From positions 1 to 64,000 of IMG/VR virus record IMGVR_UViG_3300005805_000068: a stretch of 64,000 nt of DNA, one strand, 5' to 3'. The notes beneath the pieces were generated by a model. That model did not search any database. It saw nothing but the letters and a program-made list of their open reading frames with translations, and was not told where the DNA came from. The number at the start of each line of letters is the position of its first letter. Position 1 is the first letter of the stretch. Below are positions 19,943 through 30,452 of this stretch, piece after piece. This DNA comes from a virus. Lineage: Duplodnaviria > Caudoviricetes. A program made the translations under genes and the position numbers.

Positions 19943-22267
19943 ATGGCAAAACAAAATATTAACGTAGGCACAACAGCCAATGACAAACAAGGCGATAGCC
20001 TACGTGCTGCGTTCCAAAAAGTAAATGCTAACTTTACAGAACTTTATACAGCACTGGGATTAACTGATGTCACACTAAATTTAGGTGCGTTTACATTTAC
20101 CGGTAGCACGATGAGTACTGATGACAGTACTAACATTGTTATCGATAAACCAATTACAGTAAACGGTGAGATTACAGTAGACGGGGATATTACTCCAAGT
20201 GTAGCCAATGGTGGTAACTTAGGTAGTCTAGCAAAACCTTTCCGCAGTCTTTTTGTCAGCAACAACACAGTATTCTTAGGTGGTGTTCCTCTAAGCCTAG
20301 ACCCAGGAACTAACGAACTAAGAGTTAACAATGTTCCTATTAGTCAAAACATAACCTACGCAGACATTCCTAATGCTCCTACTGATGTGTCAGACTTAAC
20401 CGACACTGACGGGCTGCTAGGAGGAGGTGGTGGAGGTGCAGGTCCAGTACAACCATATTTAGAATTAACCAACTCACCATTTATCATCCAGCCTGTGGTA
20501 TTAGGCTCTCCGGTGTCTGTATCAACAGCAGGTGATGGATCAGGAGCCGAAGTTGAAGTAGTCATTGGCGCAGGTCCTGTAATAACATCCGTCACTGTGA
20601 CAACTCCGGGTACTGGATATACAGTAGGACAGCGTTACAGAGTACAGTATTGGGAAATAGGCGGCAACAACGATGACAGTCATATTGAGTTCGAAGTTGC
20701 CACAGTTAGTAGCGGCGGGTTATTAACTGTCACTGATGCTGCCTTTACAGGTGCTGCGGCGGCAAATACTCCGGGTACATATAGCAATTTAGGTATGCAA
20801 CTTCGAGCATCACCAGGCGATAGTATAGGTCCTGGACTGACCTTGGTTAGAAGTTATCATCGTGCCTTATTTAATATAGAAGCAGAAACACAATACGACA
20901 CCAACAACGACACCAGTCCTCTAGGCACAGAGTGGAACAGTGAAGGATGGGGCGACTTAACAGGATTTAACACAAGAACATATACAACATTCTATGAAGC
21001 ATTGAACCGTGCTGTTGGTAATAACATCATCGGTGCTGAACTGATTATGCACGACACCATCAATGATCAGTACTATAAATTCAGTTTCTCAAATTGGGGC
21101 GGCAACAACGGCGGATCATATGCCTACACAAGAACTCTAATAGAACGAGATCCTAACTATTTCAAGAAAGAAAACTACGCCACTGCCAACAATGTTGATG
21201 TTATTGAAGACGACTCTACCCTACAGATTGGTATTACCAGGGGCAACAACAACGGTATCTACAATCCTTTCACTGAAGAAGGCTGGGATGAAGATATCAG
21301 TCCAGACGGCACAGAGTGGAATATAGATGGGTGGGATGATTTAACTGATGTTGAAACTAGAATCTATACTAATTTCTATGATGCCTACGGTAATGGTGGC
21401 TTAGGTAATCGTGTTCCTGGATCAAAGGCTGTGATGTATGTGCCCAGCATAGACAAGTACTATGCTATACAATGGCTAAGTTGGACACAGAATAATGCGG
21501 GTGGCGGATTCAGTTATCTACGCTATGAAATAGATTTAACCAAACTCAACGAGGGTGTCACATTCTCAGACGGCACAGTATTAAAAAGTGCAGAAGGTAT
21601 AGGTCGTGTTAAACTAACAGCACCTGGCAATCGTAGAATTGAAGAAGCTTCAGGTTACAAATCTGTTTCGGTAACATCTAGAAACAGAACTGAAATTACT
21701 GGGGCTACATATACCGGTGTTTATGCCTATGAACTAAGAGTCAAGAAAACCACAGAAATAAATGCTTTTATCAGTCCTTACTATAATACAGGTACGGTTG
21801 CTGTATGGTATATATCTTTCGATAATGTGACATTTAGAGCAGCTACCATTAACAGTGAAGGCGGAGATAACTGGATGTTCTACTATGTCAATGCCAATGA
21901 TCCAACACTTCAAGTTGAAGATGCTCCTTTTTATATAAGGAGAGATGTTGGCGGTGAACCAGTTGTATGGTGGGACGAAGACGACTTACCAGGTGGCAGT
22001 GCAAACTTCCGCGGTGCTGTTATAGACTATCACGCCTACACAGGTGATGCCACTATCATAGGAACTATACACATTGTGGATGACAACGACGAAGAACACA
22101 TCACCCATACTGAAGTCGCAAGTGGCAGTGACGACAGTGAAAACGACGACTTATGGTTGGTACAGAACGAAGGCACTATCAGCTATCGTCGATTAGACGG
22201 TGACAGTGCTACACTAAGAATACAGTGGACCGCGAAAGTGTTTTACGGTTCGGAATATTACGATTAA
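19943..22267 (+). CDS. Tail fibre / receptor-binding protein
   Basis: gp9-like N-terminus INVGTTANDKQGDSLRAAFQKVNANF; internally duplicated SP.GTEWN..GW.DLT domain. Confidence 0.65.
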   Translation: MAKQNINVGTTANDKQGDSLRAAFQKVNANFTELYTALGLTDVTLNLGAFTFTGSTMSTDDSTNIVIDKPITVNGEITVDGDITPSVANGGNLGSLAKPFRSLFVSNNTVFLGGVPLSLDPGTNELRVNNVPISQNITYADIPNAPTDVSDLTDTDGLLGGGGGGAGPVQPYLELTNSPFIIQPVVLGSPVSVSTAGDGSGAEVEVVIGAGPVITSVTVTTPGTGYTVGQRYRVQYWEIGGNNDDSHIEFEVATVSSGGLLTVTDAAFTGAAAANTPGTYSNLGMQLRASPGDSIGPGLTLVRSYHRALFNIEAETQYDTNNDTSPLGTEWNSEGWGDLTGFNTRTYTTFYEALNRAVGNNIIGAELIMHDTINDQYYKFSFSNWGGNNGGSYAYTRTLIERDPNYFKKENYATANNVDVIEDDSTLQIGITRGNNNGIYNPFTEEGWDEDISPDGTEWNIDGWDDLTDVETRIYTNFYDAYGNGGLGNRVPGSKAVMYVPSIDKYYAIQWLSWTQNNAGGGFSYLRYEIDLTKLNEGVTFSDGTVLKSAEGIGRVKLTAPGNRRIEEASGYKSVSVTSRNRTEITGATYTGVYAYELRVKKTTEINAFISPYYNTGTVAVWYISFDNVTFRAATINSEGGDNWMFYYVNANDPTLQVEDAPFYIRRDVGGEPVVWWDEDDLPGGSANFRGAVIDYHAYTGDATIIGTIHIVDDNDEEHITHTEVASGSDDSENDDLWLVQNEGTISYRRLDGDSATLRIQWTAKVFYGSEYYD

Positions 22268-22282
22268 TCAGGGGCAAGATAA

Positions 22283-25200
22283 ATGACAACAGTACGCAGA
22301 ATAAATCAAAGCCAAGTTAGAGGCAACAATGATGGTGTGTTGCCCGCAGGCACCATTATGGTCTATGAAGTCAATGGTGAGTATCGTCTTCGAGTACACA
22401 ATGGCGTAACCCTTGGCGGTGTTCCGTTTCCTAATGCTCCAAGTATCGTACACAACGACGATGTTAACATCATAATTAACGGCGGAGATAGCAGCACCTA
22501 TACTTGGAACTTTGGACAAACTGGTACATTAACTGCTCCTGGAATGGCAGTATTTGGCGGCACTGACGGCATTGTTGTAGACAATCTCAATAACGGCATT
22601 GCGGCATTATTCAACAACGGTGATGTTTATATCACAGGCGGTGAAAGTTTAAGATTTACTGGGCTTGATAATATTGAGGGAGAAAGTTCGGCAGTATTAA
22701 GATTCTGGAACGGCGAAGGTCGTCATTCTTCAGGCAACGATGCTACAGAACTAGTAACATTGAATGTGGGTAATGACGCTGACTCAGGCGACCCTACACT
22801 AGGCTTCTTTAAGATTATTACAGAAAAACAAGTGGGAGGAGAAAAAGAGTGGAAGTTTGATGCCGACGGTGTACTAACATTACCAACAGGCGGCGATATC
22901 GTAGACGAAAACGGTGACTCAGTATTGGGTGGTGGCGCAAGTGATAGTAATGTTTGGGTACAGACATTTGAAACTCAAAACGGTGCTCCAACAGACATTG
23001 TGTCACTAGCAATGAGTGTGGAATACGATGACGCGGGCAATGTGATTGCCTTGTTCAATCATTTCAACGACGATGGTGGTGGTAGTTATTATTCCGTGGG
23101 CAAGTACACCACAACTGGCGCCAAGATATGGACAGCAAGATTTGACGATGAATTTTACACAGACGGATGGGGGCTGGCAGTGGACAACGACAGCAACTCG
23201 ATATATGTAGCAGGCGAGACAGATGTTGAAGGACAGGACAATGCCACTTTGACCAAACTTGACAGCACTGATGGCAGTGTACTATGGAGCAAGATCTATG
23301 ACTTTGGATTCAGTAGTCAAAGTTCAGTAGTGGATGTAGCCTCAGACGGCGATCCTGTCATGGTTGGATATGCCTACAATGGCACAGACAATTATGTTGC
23401 CACTACCAAGGTAGATGCCGCAGACGGTAGTATTATTTGGTCAAGAGCACTGGACGGTCAGGCCGACGAAGAAGCCTACGGCATGGCCGTGGGTCCTAGT
23501 GGTGAAGTGGTGGCTATTGGTTACATGAGTCAATTGGGCGTTAGCGACGGTGTAGCAACCTTGTACGCTGACAGTAACCCCAACTGGACTGGCGGTGGAA
23601 CTACAGGAACTTCAAATGGTGTGACCTTTAGTGTTACGGTTACCGACGGAGTCGCTACATTCAGCAACATCAGTGATACAATTGGCAATCGATCTGTAGA
23701 TGAAGTGATTGCCACTATCAATGGAAGCATCTTTGGTGGAGAAACAGTTAGTTTACTTACTCAAACCACTTATCCAGAGACATTTAATGAGCAACAAGTA
23801 GTCGGTATAAGATTAGTAGGAGACCATACTGATAAAGTTGGATGTACAATAAGTGGATCGGGCCTTACTGGTAATATGTTAATTGTTGATACTGACCCGT
23901 TAGATCCAGGTGATCCAAACGCAGGCCCCCCAATTCCTGAAAACACTATAGTTTATGTAGTAGCAGATTGGAGTAGTATAACACTTCAATCAGGAACTGA
24001 TTACAATATAACTCCTCCTGACATGGTTGTCAAAGTTGGCACACTGGCCACTAACGAGCCAGACGATCGTATGTTGGTGGTCAAGTATGACAGCGCAGGA
24101 TCTATACAGTGGCAAAAGGCCATACTGTTTGATGCGGGCTTTGACTGCTACGGGGCAGATGCTGATATTGACAGCGACGGAAACATCTATGTTACTGGCA
24201 GTTATCGATATGATTCTGGAGAGCAGTTTAGTACAACCAGTGCTCTAAGTATACTGAAACTTGACGGCAACGGTGCTAAACAGTGGAGCAGACGAGTAAC
24301 AGGCACCTGTGACACATTTGGCATCAGCGTAGTGGTTGGTGCCGATGACAAACTTTATCTGTCAGGCGTAACTGGCTTTGCTGGCGGCAACACGGACACA
24401 AATAACGGTTACACATGGGTCGCAGCCAAGTATGGCATCGATGGCACAGTAGAATGGCAAAGACTCATTGACAATACCACAGGCTGGACATTTACCGGAG
24501 GCCTCTTTTTTGGCTCCGGTGGCGGCAGCAACATAGCAGTTAAAGAAAATTATGTGCTACTTGGCGGCGGCTTTGGCGATTTTGAGAATAGTGGCGATCC
24601 ACTGGCCACAGTGGTACAGGTCTCGGCCACTGGAGATGTATTCTCTGTAGGCGACTGGGATTTCAAAGCAGCCTCATTCAGCGGAGTACTCAACAGTTCA
24701 GCCAGCGACATTACTGTGGTCAACGCTGGTAAGACTGACACAGACAATGCTGAAAACATCACCACCGGCACAGTGACACTGACTACAGAAGTCAGCGGAT
24801 TCTTGATAGGCACATTATACTCAACCACTGCCAACAACAGATTATTCAACGGCAGTAACGAACTGGTATTAGGTACAACAGGAACTGTGACATTGCCACA
24901 AGGTGGTACAATCACTGAAGGGTATGTTACCAGCAATCCAACTATTCAACTAACTCCAGCAACGCCATCAGTGGCCAGCCAGAAGTTGGTGATCAAGGGT
25001 GGTGGAAACTATTCAAATACAGAAAACGGTATTACGGTAACCCTCAATAACATTACTCAGATAGTAGGCGATGTAGTCAATGTGTATGTAGAAGCACCGA
25101 CTAGGGTCGGGCAAACACTCTATTGGTGGATCTATCCAGAGAGTGCCGGCCTCGCAGATCCTGGCACAGGCACAGTGATACTAGATGAGATAGGTGACGG

Positions 25201-26356
25201 TCTTTTTACTTTTACACTAGACAGTGACGACTATGAATTTAATGTGCGTATATCACCTGAAGACAACAACTATGACCCTGCTAATATAGGTGTTGAATCA
25301 GTACTGGTTAACGGTGACGCACCTACTTTCGAAGGCGATCATCACCTGCACTTGACCACAGGCGATTTGTCAGAGACCAGCATCTTCTTGGGCACAGACG
25401 ATCACAATGTGCGTACTACAGTAGATGGTGGCATTTCTATGACCACAACTCGTGGTACAGTATTGTTTGGCAACACTCCCGACAATCCTGTAACCGCATC
25501 AAGTCACTTTCACATAATGAAGGATAGTCCAGACATTGTTGATCTATTCTTCGGCGATGACGACAACTATGTTAAACTACCAAGTACACAGGGTGTAGAA
25601 GTCAGCGCCAACGGCAGCAGTTGGACCTTTGGTACAGATGGTGCGTTAACTATCCCTGGTGATATTAAGAGCGAAAATGCCATTAACATTGATATCAACC
25701 TAAGTGATAGTACTCTGCGTAGATGGAGTTTTGGAGAAGATGGTGATCTAACATTCCCAGATAATACTGTACAGACAACGGCTTATACTGGTAGTACCCT
25801 AACTACAGTGGCCAAGACTGGCATTGCCTATAACACTGGAACAGCAACTGCTCTGGAAGATAGCACATATATAGGTTCTATTGTAGATGGAAACTACGGT
25901 CCATTTACTCTAAGTGGAGTTACATTTACAGTAGTAGTCACTAGCGGAGTAGCCGCATATACTGTCACTGCCACAACTGGTAATACCGCAGTAGGTGCTG
26001 TTATTGGAACATTAGATACCGGTGATCTGGGTGGAACATCTGGAAGCACCTCAAATATATCAGTTGCGGATGTTGTTCAAGGGGTTACGGCTATTGACCT
26101 AACTAAAACCATTAACAAACTCACTGATGGTTATTATTATTTGGCCGACGGTGTAGAAGGTCAGATCATGTATGTAGTGAGACAGAACGGTTCAACTGCG
26201 GCAAATATATTTGTACTAGTTGCCAACGCACGTTGGGACGGAACTGTATATTCAGAGCAACCTGTTATTCCATTTCAAATTCCTTTTACTGATATGGTCA
26301 CAATAATCTTTACAGACGGTGCTTGGCAATCAAGCACATTTGGCAGTTTAACTTAA
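22283..26356 (+). CDS. Large tail fibre / adhesin with beta-propeller repeats
   Basis: Repeated W.F...G.LT.P fibre motifs; propeller blades (KYDSAGSIQWQK, KLDGNGAKQWSR, KYGIDGTVEWQR). Confidence 0.65.
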   Translation: MTTVRRINQSQVRGNNDGVLPAGTIMVYEVNGEYRLRVHNGVTLGGVPFPNAPSIVHNDDVNIIINGGDSSTYTWNFGQTGTLTAPGMAVFGGTDGIVVDNLNNGIAALFNNGDVYITGGESLRFTGLDNIEGESSAVLRFWNGEGRHSSGNDATELVTLNVGNDADSGDPTLGFFKIITEKQVGGEKEWKFDADGVLTLPTGGDIVDENGDSVLGGGASDSNVWVQTFETQNGAPTDIVSLAMSVEYDDAGNVIALFNHFNDDGGGSYYSVGKYTTTGAKIWTARFDDEFYTDGWGLAVDNDSNSIYVAGETDVEGQDNATLTKLDSTDGSVLWSKIYDFGFSSQSSVVDVASDGDPVMVGYAYNGTDNYVATTKVDAADGSIIWSRALDGQADEEAYGMAVGPSGEVVAIGYMSQLGVSDGVATLYADSNPNWTGGGTTGTSNGVTFSVTVTDGVATFSNISDTIGNRSVDEVIATINGSIFGGETVSLLTQTTYPETFNEQQVVGIRLVGDHTDKVGCTISGSGLTGNMLIVDTDPLDPGDPNAGPPIPENTIVYVVADWSSITLQSGTDYNITPPDMVVKVGTLATNEPDDRMLVVKYDSAGSIQWQKAILFDAGFDCYGADADIDSDGNIYVTGSYRYDSGEQFSTTSALSILKLDGNGAKQWSRRVTGTCDTFGISVVVGADDKLYLSGVTGFAGGNTDTNNGYTWVAAKYGIDGTVEWQRLIDNTTGWTFTGGLFFGSGGGSNIAVKENYVLLGGGFGDFENSGDPLATVVQVSATGDVFSVGDWDFKAASFSGVLNSSASDITVVNAGKTDTDNAENITTGTVTLTTEVSGFLIGTLYSTTANNRLFNGSNELVLGTTGTVTLPQGGTITEGYVTSNPTIQLTPATPSVASQKLVIKGGGNYSNTENGITVTLNNITQIVGDVVNVYVEAPTRVGQTLYWWIYPESAGLADPGTGTVILDEIGDGLFTFTLDSDDYEFNVRISPEDNNYDPANIGVESVLVNGDAPTFEGDHHLHLTTGDLSETSIFLGTDDHNVRTTVDGGISMTTTRGTVLFGNTPDNPVTASSHFHIMKDSPDIVDLFFGDDDNYVKLPSTQGVEVSANGSSWTFGTDGALTIPGDIKSENAINIDINLSDSTLRRWSFGEDGDLTFPDNTVQTTAYTGSTLTTVAKTGIAYNTGTATALEDSTYIGSIVDGNYGPFTLSGVTFTVVVTSGVAAYTVTATTGNTAVGAVIGTLDTGDLGGTSGSTSNISVADVVQGVTAIDLTKTINKLTDGYYYLADGVEGQIMYVVRQNGSTAANIFVLVANARWDGTVYSEQPVIPFQIPFTDMVTIIFTDGAWQSSTFGSLT

Positions 26357-26375
26357 TGGCAGCTGGCTTAACGTA

Positions 26376-27086
26376 ATGATGGAACTTATCTTAATCACAC
26401 TACTAATGATACACTTGACTATGGTGTCAGTTACACTGTACCTACATCGCAGTCAAAGTCACAAGGGGGTTGAGTTTCATCCTGTACTAGCACATCTTAT
26501 GCGTTTTTGGTTATGGCTCACTACAGGTATGAATACCAAGCAATGGGTAGCTGTACATCGCAAACACCATCAAAATCCAGATGTAGAAGGTGATCCGCAT
26601 AGCCCACATGTATTTGGACTACTAACAGTAATAACCACTGGCATGAAGTTGTACAACACACCATGTCGATCAGCAGACTTTGTTATGAAGTATGGAGCTG
26701 GTACTCCTCGAGATTGGATTGAACGTCAACTATACACTCCGTATCCTGTACTAGGTATTTTCATAATGTTGGCTATCGATCTATTGTTATTTGGACCATG
26801 GGGATTACTAGTATGGGTAATCCAAATCGTTTGGATTCCTGTGGCGGCAGGTAGTTTAATTAACGGACTAGGACATTGGTGGGGTTATCGCAACGGTGAA
26901 ACTAAAGATTTTAGCCGCAATATTAGTCCAATTGGTATTATAGTTGCAGGAGAAGAACTACATAATAATCATCATTTAGATCCAGCGAGCCCAAAATTTA
27001 GCCGTAAGCCTTGGGAGTTTGACATAGCTTGGATGTATATACAGATATTAAGTACAGTAGGTTTGGCTAAACTTAGAACCGGATAA
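26376..27086 (+). CDS. Acyl-CoA/acyl-lipid delta-9-type fatty acid desaturase
   Basis: Three His boxes HRSQSH, HRKHH, HNNHH; GDPHSP; INGLGH; transmembrane segments. Confidence 0.9.
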   Translation: MMELILITLLMIHLTMVSVTLYLHRSQSHKGVEFHPVLAHLMRFWLWLTTGMNTKQWVAVHRKHHQNPDVEGDPHSPHVFGLLTVITTGMKLYNTPCRSADFVMKYGAGTPRDWIERQLYTPYPVLGIFIMLAIDLLLFGPWGLLVWVIQIVWIPVAAGSLINGLGHWWGYRNGETKDFSRNISPIGIIVAGEELHNNHHLDPASPKFSRKPWEFDIAWMYIQILSTVGLAKLRTG

Positions 27087-27089
27087 ATA
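27083..27089 (+). promoter_or_regulatory. T4-type late promoter (ATAAATA)
   Basis: Motif upstream of the resumed structural genes. Confidence 0.6.
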
Positions 27090-27107
27090 TACAAAAGAGA
27101 GCGTATT

Positions 27108-27683
27108 ATGACCATACAAACAATCAATATAGGTAATTTAGTCAACGACGGGCTAGGTGATGATCTACGCACCGCGTTCCAAAAGGTAAATGCTAATTTT
27201 AGCAGTCTTGCTGCGGAATTAACCGTAACAGTAGGTACTCCAACAGCTAGTGGTGTTAATATCTTTAAGGAAAAAATTGGGTCTGAATTAATTTTTAAAT
27301 CACTAGTATCTGGTACTAAGATGCAGATTGCAGACGCTGGTGACAGCGTTGTATTCAACAATCTATCTCCAGATGCCTTTACTAGATTTGATACTGATGC
27401 TGGAGTATTATTAGCCAGTATCAATCAAGAAATATCTTTACAAGGTATTGCAGCACCCGGATCTACTTCAAGTAGACCAGATATAGAAGTTACAGCGATA
27501 GGACAATTTTTAAATTTTAAAACGATATTACCTGTTAGTGATATTTTAGAAACAGCAGACTTTGGTCCTATCAACGGAGCATTTACAAACGCAGTACAAT
27601 TTAATACAGCGACATCCAATGTAGATTTTGGCACTGTTCTTTTACCTGGACGAATTGATCTAGACCTAGGTCCAATTGTCTAA
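27108..27683 (+). CDS. Baseplate wedge / tail-fibre connector-like protein (gp9-like N-terminus)
   Basis: INIGNLVNDGLGDDLRTAFQKVNANF. Confidence 0.65.
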   Translation: MTIQTINIGNLVNDGLGDDLRTAFQKVNANFSSLAAELTVTVGTPTASGVNIFKEKIGSELIFKSLVSGTKMQIADAGDSVVFNNLSPDAFTRFDTDAGVLLASINQEISLQGIAAPGSTSSRPDIEVTAIGQFLNFKTILPVSDILETADFGPINGAFTNAVQFNTATSNVDFGTVLLPGRIDLDLGPIV

Positions 27684-27704
27684 CGCATCTAAGGATCTAT
27701 ATAG

Positions 27705-30452
27705 ATGATCACATGGCAAACACCTGCAGGAAACTTAGGGGTTATCACTGAACGTGTGATACAAGAAATTCCTTTATCAGCTACTTCGACTGTAGGCGTC
27801 GTTACATATTCTGTTATTGCTGGAAATCTTCCTCGAGGGTTACGTCTTTCAGGTAATCATATTTTAGGTAGTCCGTCAGAAGTTAAGAGATATACAGAAA
27901 GTAGATTTGTTGTCAGAGCCAGTGATGGTGTCGATCTTGAAGATAGAACTTTTAGCCTATCGGTTGATGGATCAGATATTCCTTATTGGTTAACTAACGA
28001 AGGCTTTTTAAAAGTTGGTGAAGGTGAAGCGTATTTTATATTAGACAATAGTTTTGTCAGTTTTCAACTCGATGCTTCTGATACAGATCTTACTGCCGGC
28101 GACAGTCTAACATTTTATCTAACTCCTAATGCTGGAGAACTACCTCCTGGTCTGTCATTAAGTAAAACTGGTCTCATTTCTGGATTTACCGATCCTGTAT
28201 TTGCTTTGGAATACACTGGATTTCCTAGCGGAGGATACGACACTGGTCCGTTAGATGTAACTCCTTTAGATTATGTTGAGGCAAGATCTAATGGGTTTGA
28301 TACATTCTTCTATGACAATGTTACCTACGATTACAATGAGCCTAGTCAAGTGCCAAGAAGATTAAGTAGAATCTATAACTTCGTGGTATCGGTAACTGAT
28401 GGGGTTAATGTAGTCAACAGATTATTTAAGATATTTGTAGTCACAGAAGAATTCTTACAATCTGACAATAGTATCATACAAGTTGATACAAATTTATTCC
28501 AAGCCGACAGCGGAAGTGGTCGTAAACCACTGTGGATTACAGAAAGCAATCTTGGACGTTTTCGTGCTAATAATTATGTGACTATCTTTTTAGATGTATA
28601 TGATCCACCTACATTAAGTGGAACTATCACATATTTCTTATTACCTACCAATCCTGATGGAGGTGTGAGTGCATTACCACCAGGTATGACCTTGGATAGT
28701 ATCACTGGCGAAATTTCCGGTAAAGTTCCTTATCAAGCAGCCATAACGAAAACATACTCATTTACAATGATGGCTGTAAACTTTCCAGCTACACTTTCAT
28801 ATTCTACATATACACTCAAAGGTAACTGGAACTCTTTTACAGTCTACGCAGTAAATGACGCTGTAAGATATCAAGGATTTGTATATACCTGTACACAGAC
28901 TCATAAGAATAAAACTCCAGAAGATGGAAGTGATTATTGGTTCAAAGGAGTATCAACTGCTGATAAAACATTTACAGTTGATATCATTGGCGAGATTGAA
29001 AGTTCTATAGAATGGATTACTCCTAGCAATAGAGGAACCATCAAACCTAATCAACCTAGCCAGATATATGTCGAAGCCAAGAGTCTGCTTTACGGAGGAT
29101 CAGTATCTTATGAATGGGTCAGCGGAAGAATACCACCAGGATTAAAATTTTTATCCACTGGGGACATTGAAGGTAAAGTAAAACAGTTCGCCGATGATAT
29201 TATTACCTCAGCATCCAAAGGTACTTGGAATGATGAAACTTCTTATCTAACTAACGATACTATTTTTTACAACGGATTTTATTATCGTTGTATTAAATCA
29301 AACACAAACAAACTTCCATTCGATACAGAATATTGGGACGGTCCGGGATTAACACGTTTCTTCGATAGAGATTCTAGTTTAATAGATTCAACAGGATCAA
29401 GAACATTTAATACCACGTTTGATGGAAGTACTACTAGTTTCGATAAAACATTTACGTTTGTAATTAAAGCTAGAGATTCTGCCAATGTTGCAGAATCGCT
29501 AAGAACCTTTAGTATCACGGTAATAGCAGATGGAACTAAAACATTTGCTAATATGTTTGTTAGAGCATTACAAAGCAAAGATAAGAGATTAAATTGGTAC
29601 AATTTCATTACAGATTCTACTATATTCAATGCTGATGATATCTATAGATATGGTGATGAAAATTTTGGTATACAGACTGATTTAAAAATGCTAATGTTTG
29701 CCGGTATTGAAAGTGTAGAAGCTGTTACTTATGTACAGGCCATGAGTCGTAATCATTATCGCAAGAGATTGTTATTCGGTGATTTAAAAGTAGCCAAGGC
29801 TAAAGATCCAGAAACACAAGAAACTATATACGAAGTTATCTACGTCGACGTTATTGATGATCTTGAAAAGAACGGCAAAAGCATCAGTGCTACCGTACAG
29901 CTAGCTGATTATATTAATAGCAAGGTCATCGTTAGTTATGATGCTATTAAAGTAGACAGTGATATTCCTTTTGTCAGTGACGCTGATCATCAAAGAATAT
30001 TTCCAAACAGCATAAAAAATATGCGTAAACGTATTAAAAATATAGGTGAAAGAGATCGTGAATTCCTTCCATTATGGATGCGTAGTATTCAAGATACTTC
30101 TAATTATGAATTGGGGTTTACCAGAGCATTGGTATTGTGTTATGCTAAACCAGGACGCTCTGCAGATATCGTAGCAAAAATAAAAGGAAAGACCACATTT
30201 GCTTCTAGAGGTTATTGGTCAAATGTCATTAATTATACCGTTAACGACTCTGTAGAATATAATGGACAATATTTTACCTGTATACAAAACAATAGAAACA
30301 TAATACCTGATAAAAATACTGATTATTGGGTTAAAAACTTTAACTTTAAAGATATCGATTTCACAGCAGACCGTTATCTAATTGACATCATAGACGGGCA
30401 AATAGAGGATAAATACCTTGCATTCCCGCAACGTGGAGAAAAATTACCGTGA
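27705..30452 (+). CDS. Baseplate protein with Ig-like (He_PIG) and CBM5/12-like modules
   Basis: GNLPRGLRL, GELPPGLSL, ALPPGMTLD..TGEISG Ig repeats; three W.....Y..ND...Y.G..Y.C modules. Confidence 0.65.
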   Translation: MITWQTPAGNLGVITERVIQEIPLSATSTVGVVTYSVIAGNLPRGLRLSGNHILGSPSEVKRYTESRFVVRASDGVDLEDRTFSLSVDGSDIPYWLTNEGFLKVGEGEAYFILDNSFVSFQLDASDTDLTAGDSLTFYLTPNAGELPPGLSLSKTGLISGFTDPVFALEYTGFPSGGYDTGPLDVTPLDYVEARSNGFDTFFYDNVTYDYNEPSQVPRRLSRIYNFVVSVTDGVNVVNRLFKIFVVTEEFLQSDNSIIQVDTNLFQADSGSGRKPLWITESNLGRFRANNYVTIFLDVYDPPTLSGTITYFLLPTNPDGGVSALPPGMTLDSITGEISGKVPYQAAITKTYSFTMMAVNFPATLSYSTYTLKGNWNSFTVYAVNDAVRYQGFVYTCTQTHKNKTPEDGSDYWFKGVSTADKTFTVDIIGEIESSIEWITPSNRGTIKPNQPSQIYVEAKSLLYGGSVSYEWVSGRIPPGLKFLSTGDIEGKVKQFADDIITSASKGTWNDETSYLTNDTIFYNGFYYRCIKSNTNKLPFDTEYWDGPGLTRFFDRDSSLIDSTGSRTFNTTFDGSTTSFDKTFTFVIKARDSANVAESLRTFSITVIADGTKTFANMFVRALQSKDKRLNWYNFITDSTIFNADDIYRYGDENFGIQTDLKMLMFAGIESVEAVTYVQAMSRNHYRKRLLFGDLKVAKAKDPETQETIYEVIYVDVIDDLEKNGKSISATVQLADYINSKVIVSYDAIKVDSDIPFVSDADHQRIFPNSIKNMRKRIKNIGERDREFLPLWMRSIQDTSNYELGFTRALVLCYAKPGRSADIVAKIKGKTTFASRGYWSNVINYTVNDSVEYNGQYFTCIQNNRNIIPDKNTDYWVKNFNFKDIDFTADRYLIDIIDGQIEDKYLAFPQRGEKLP

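Noticed and set aside
16731-19990. Long antisense ORFs (e.g. 16731-17156, 18785-19228, 19640-19990) and similar ones opposite clpA, polB and 50621
   Set aside because: These are shadows of codon bias in the sense genes, with no promoter, SD or motif support.
20880-21400. Diversity-generating retroelement TR/VR pair in the fibre genes
   Set aside because: The duplicated SP.GTEWN domain differs at all base types, not only adenines, and no reverse transcriptase is present in the window.
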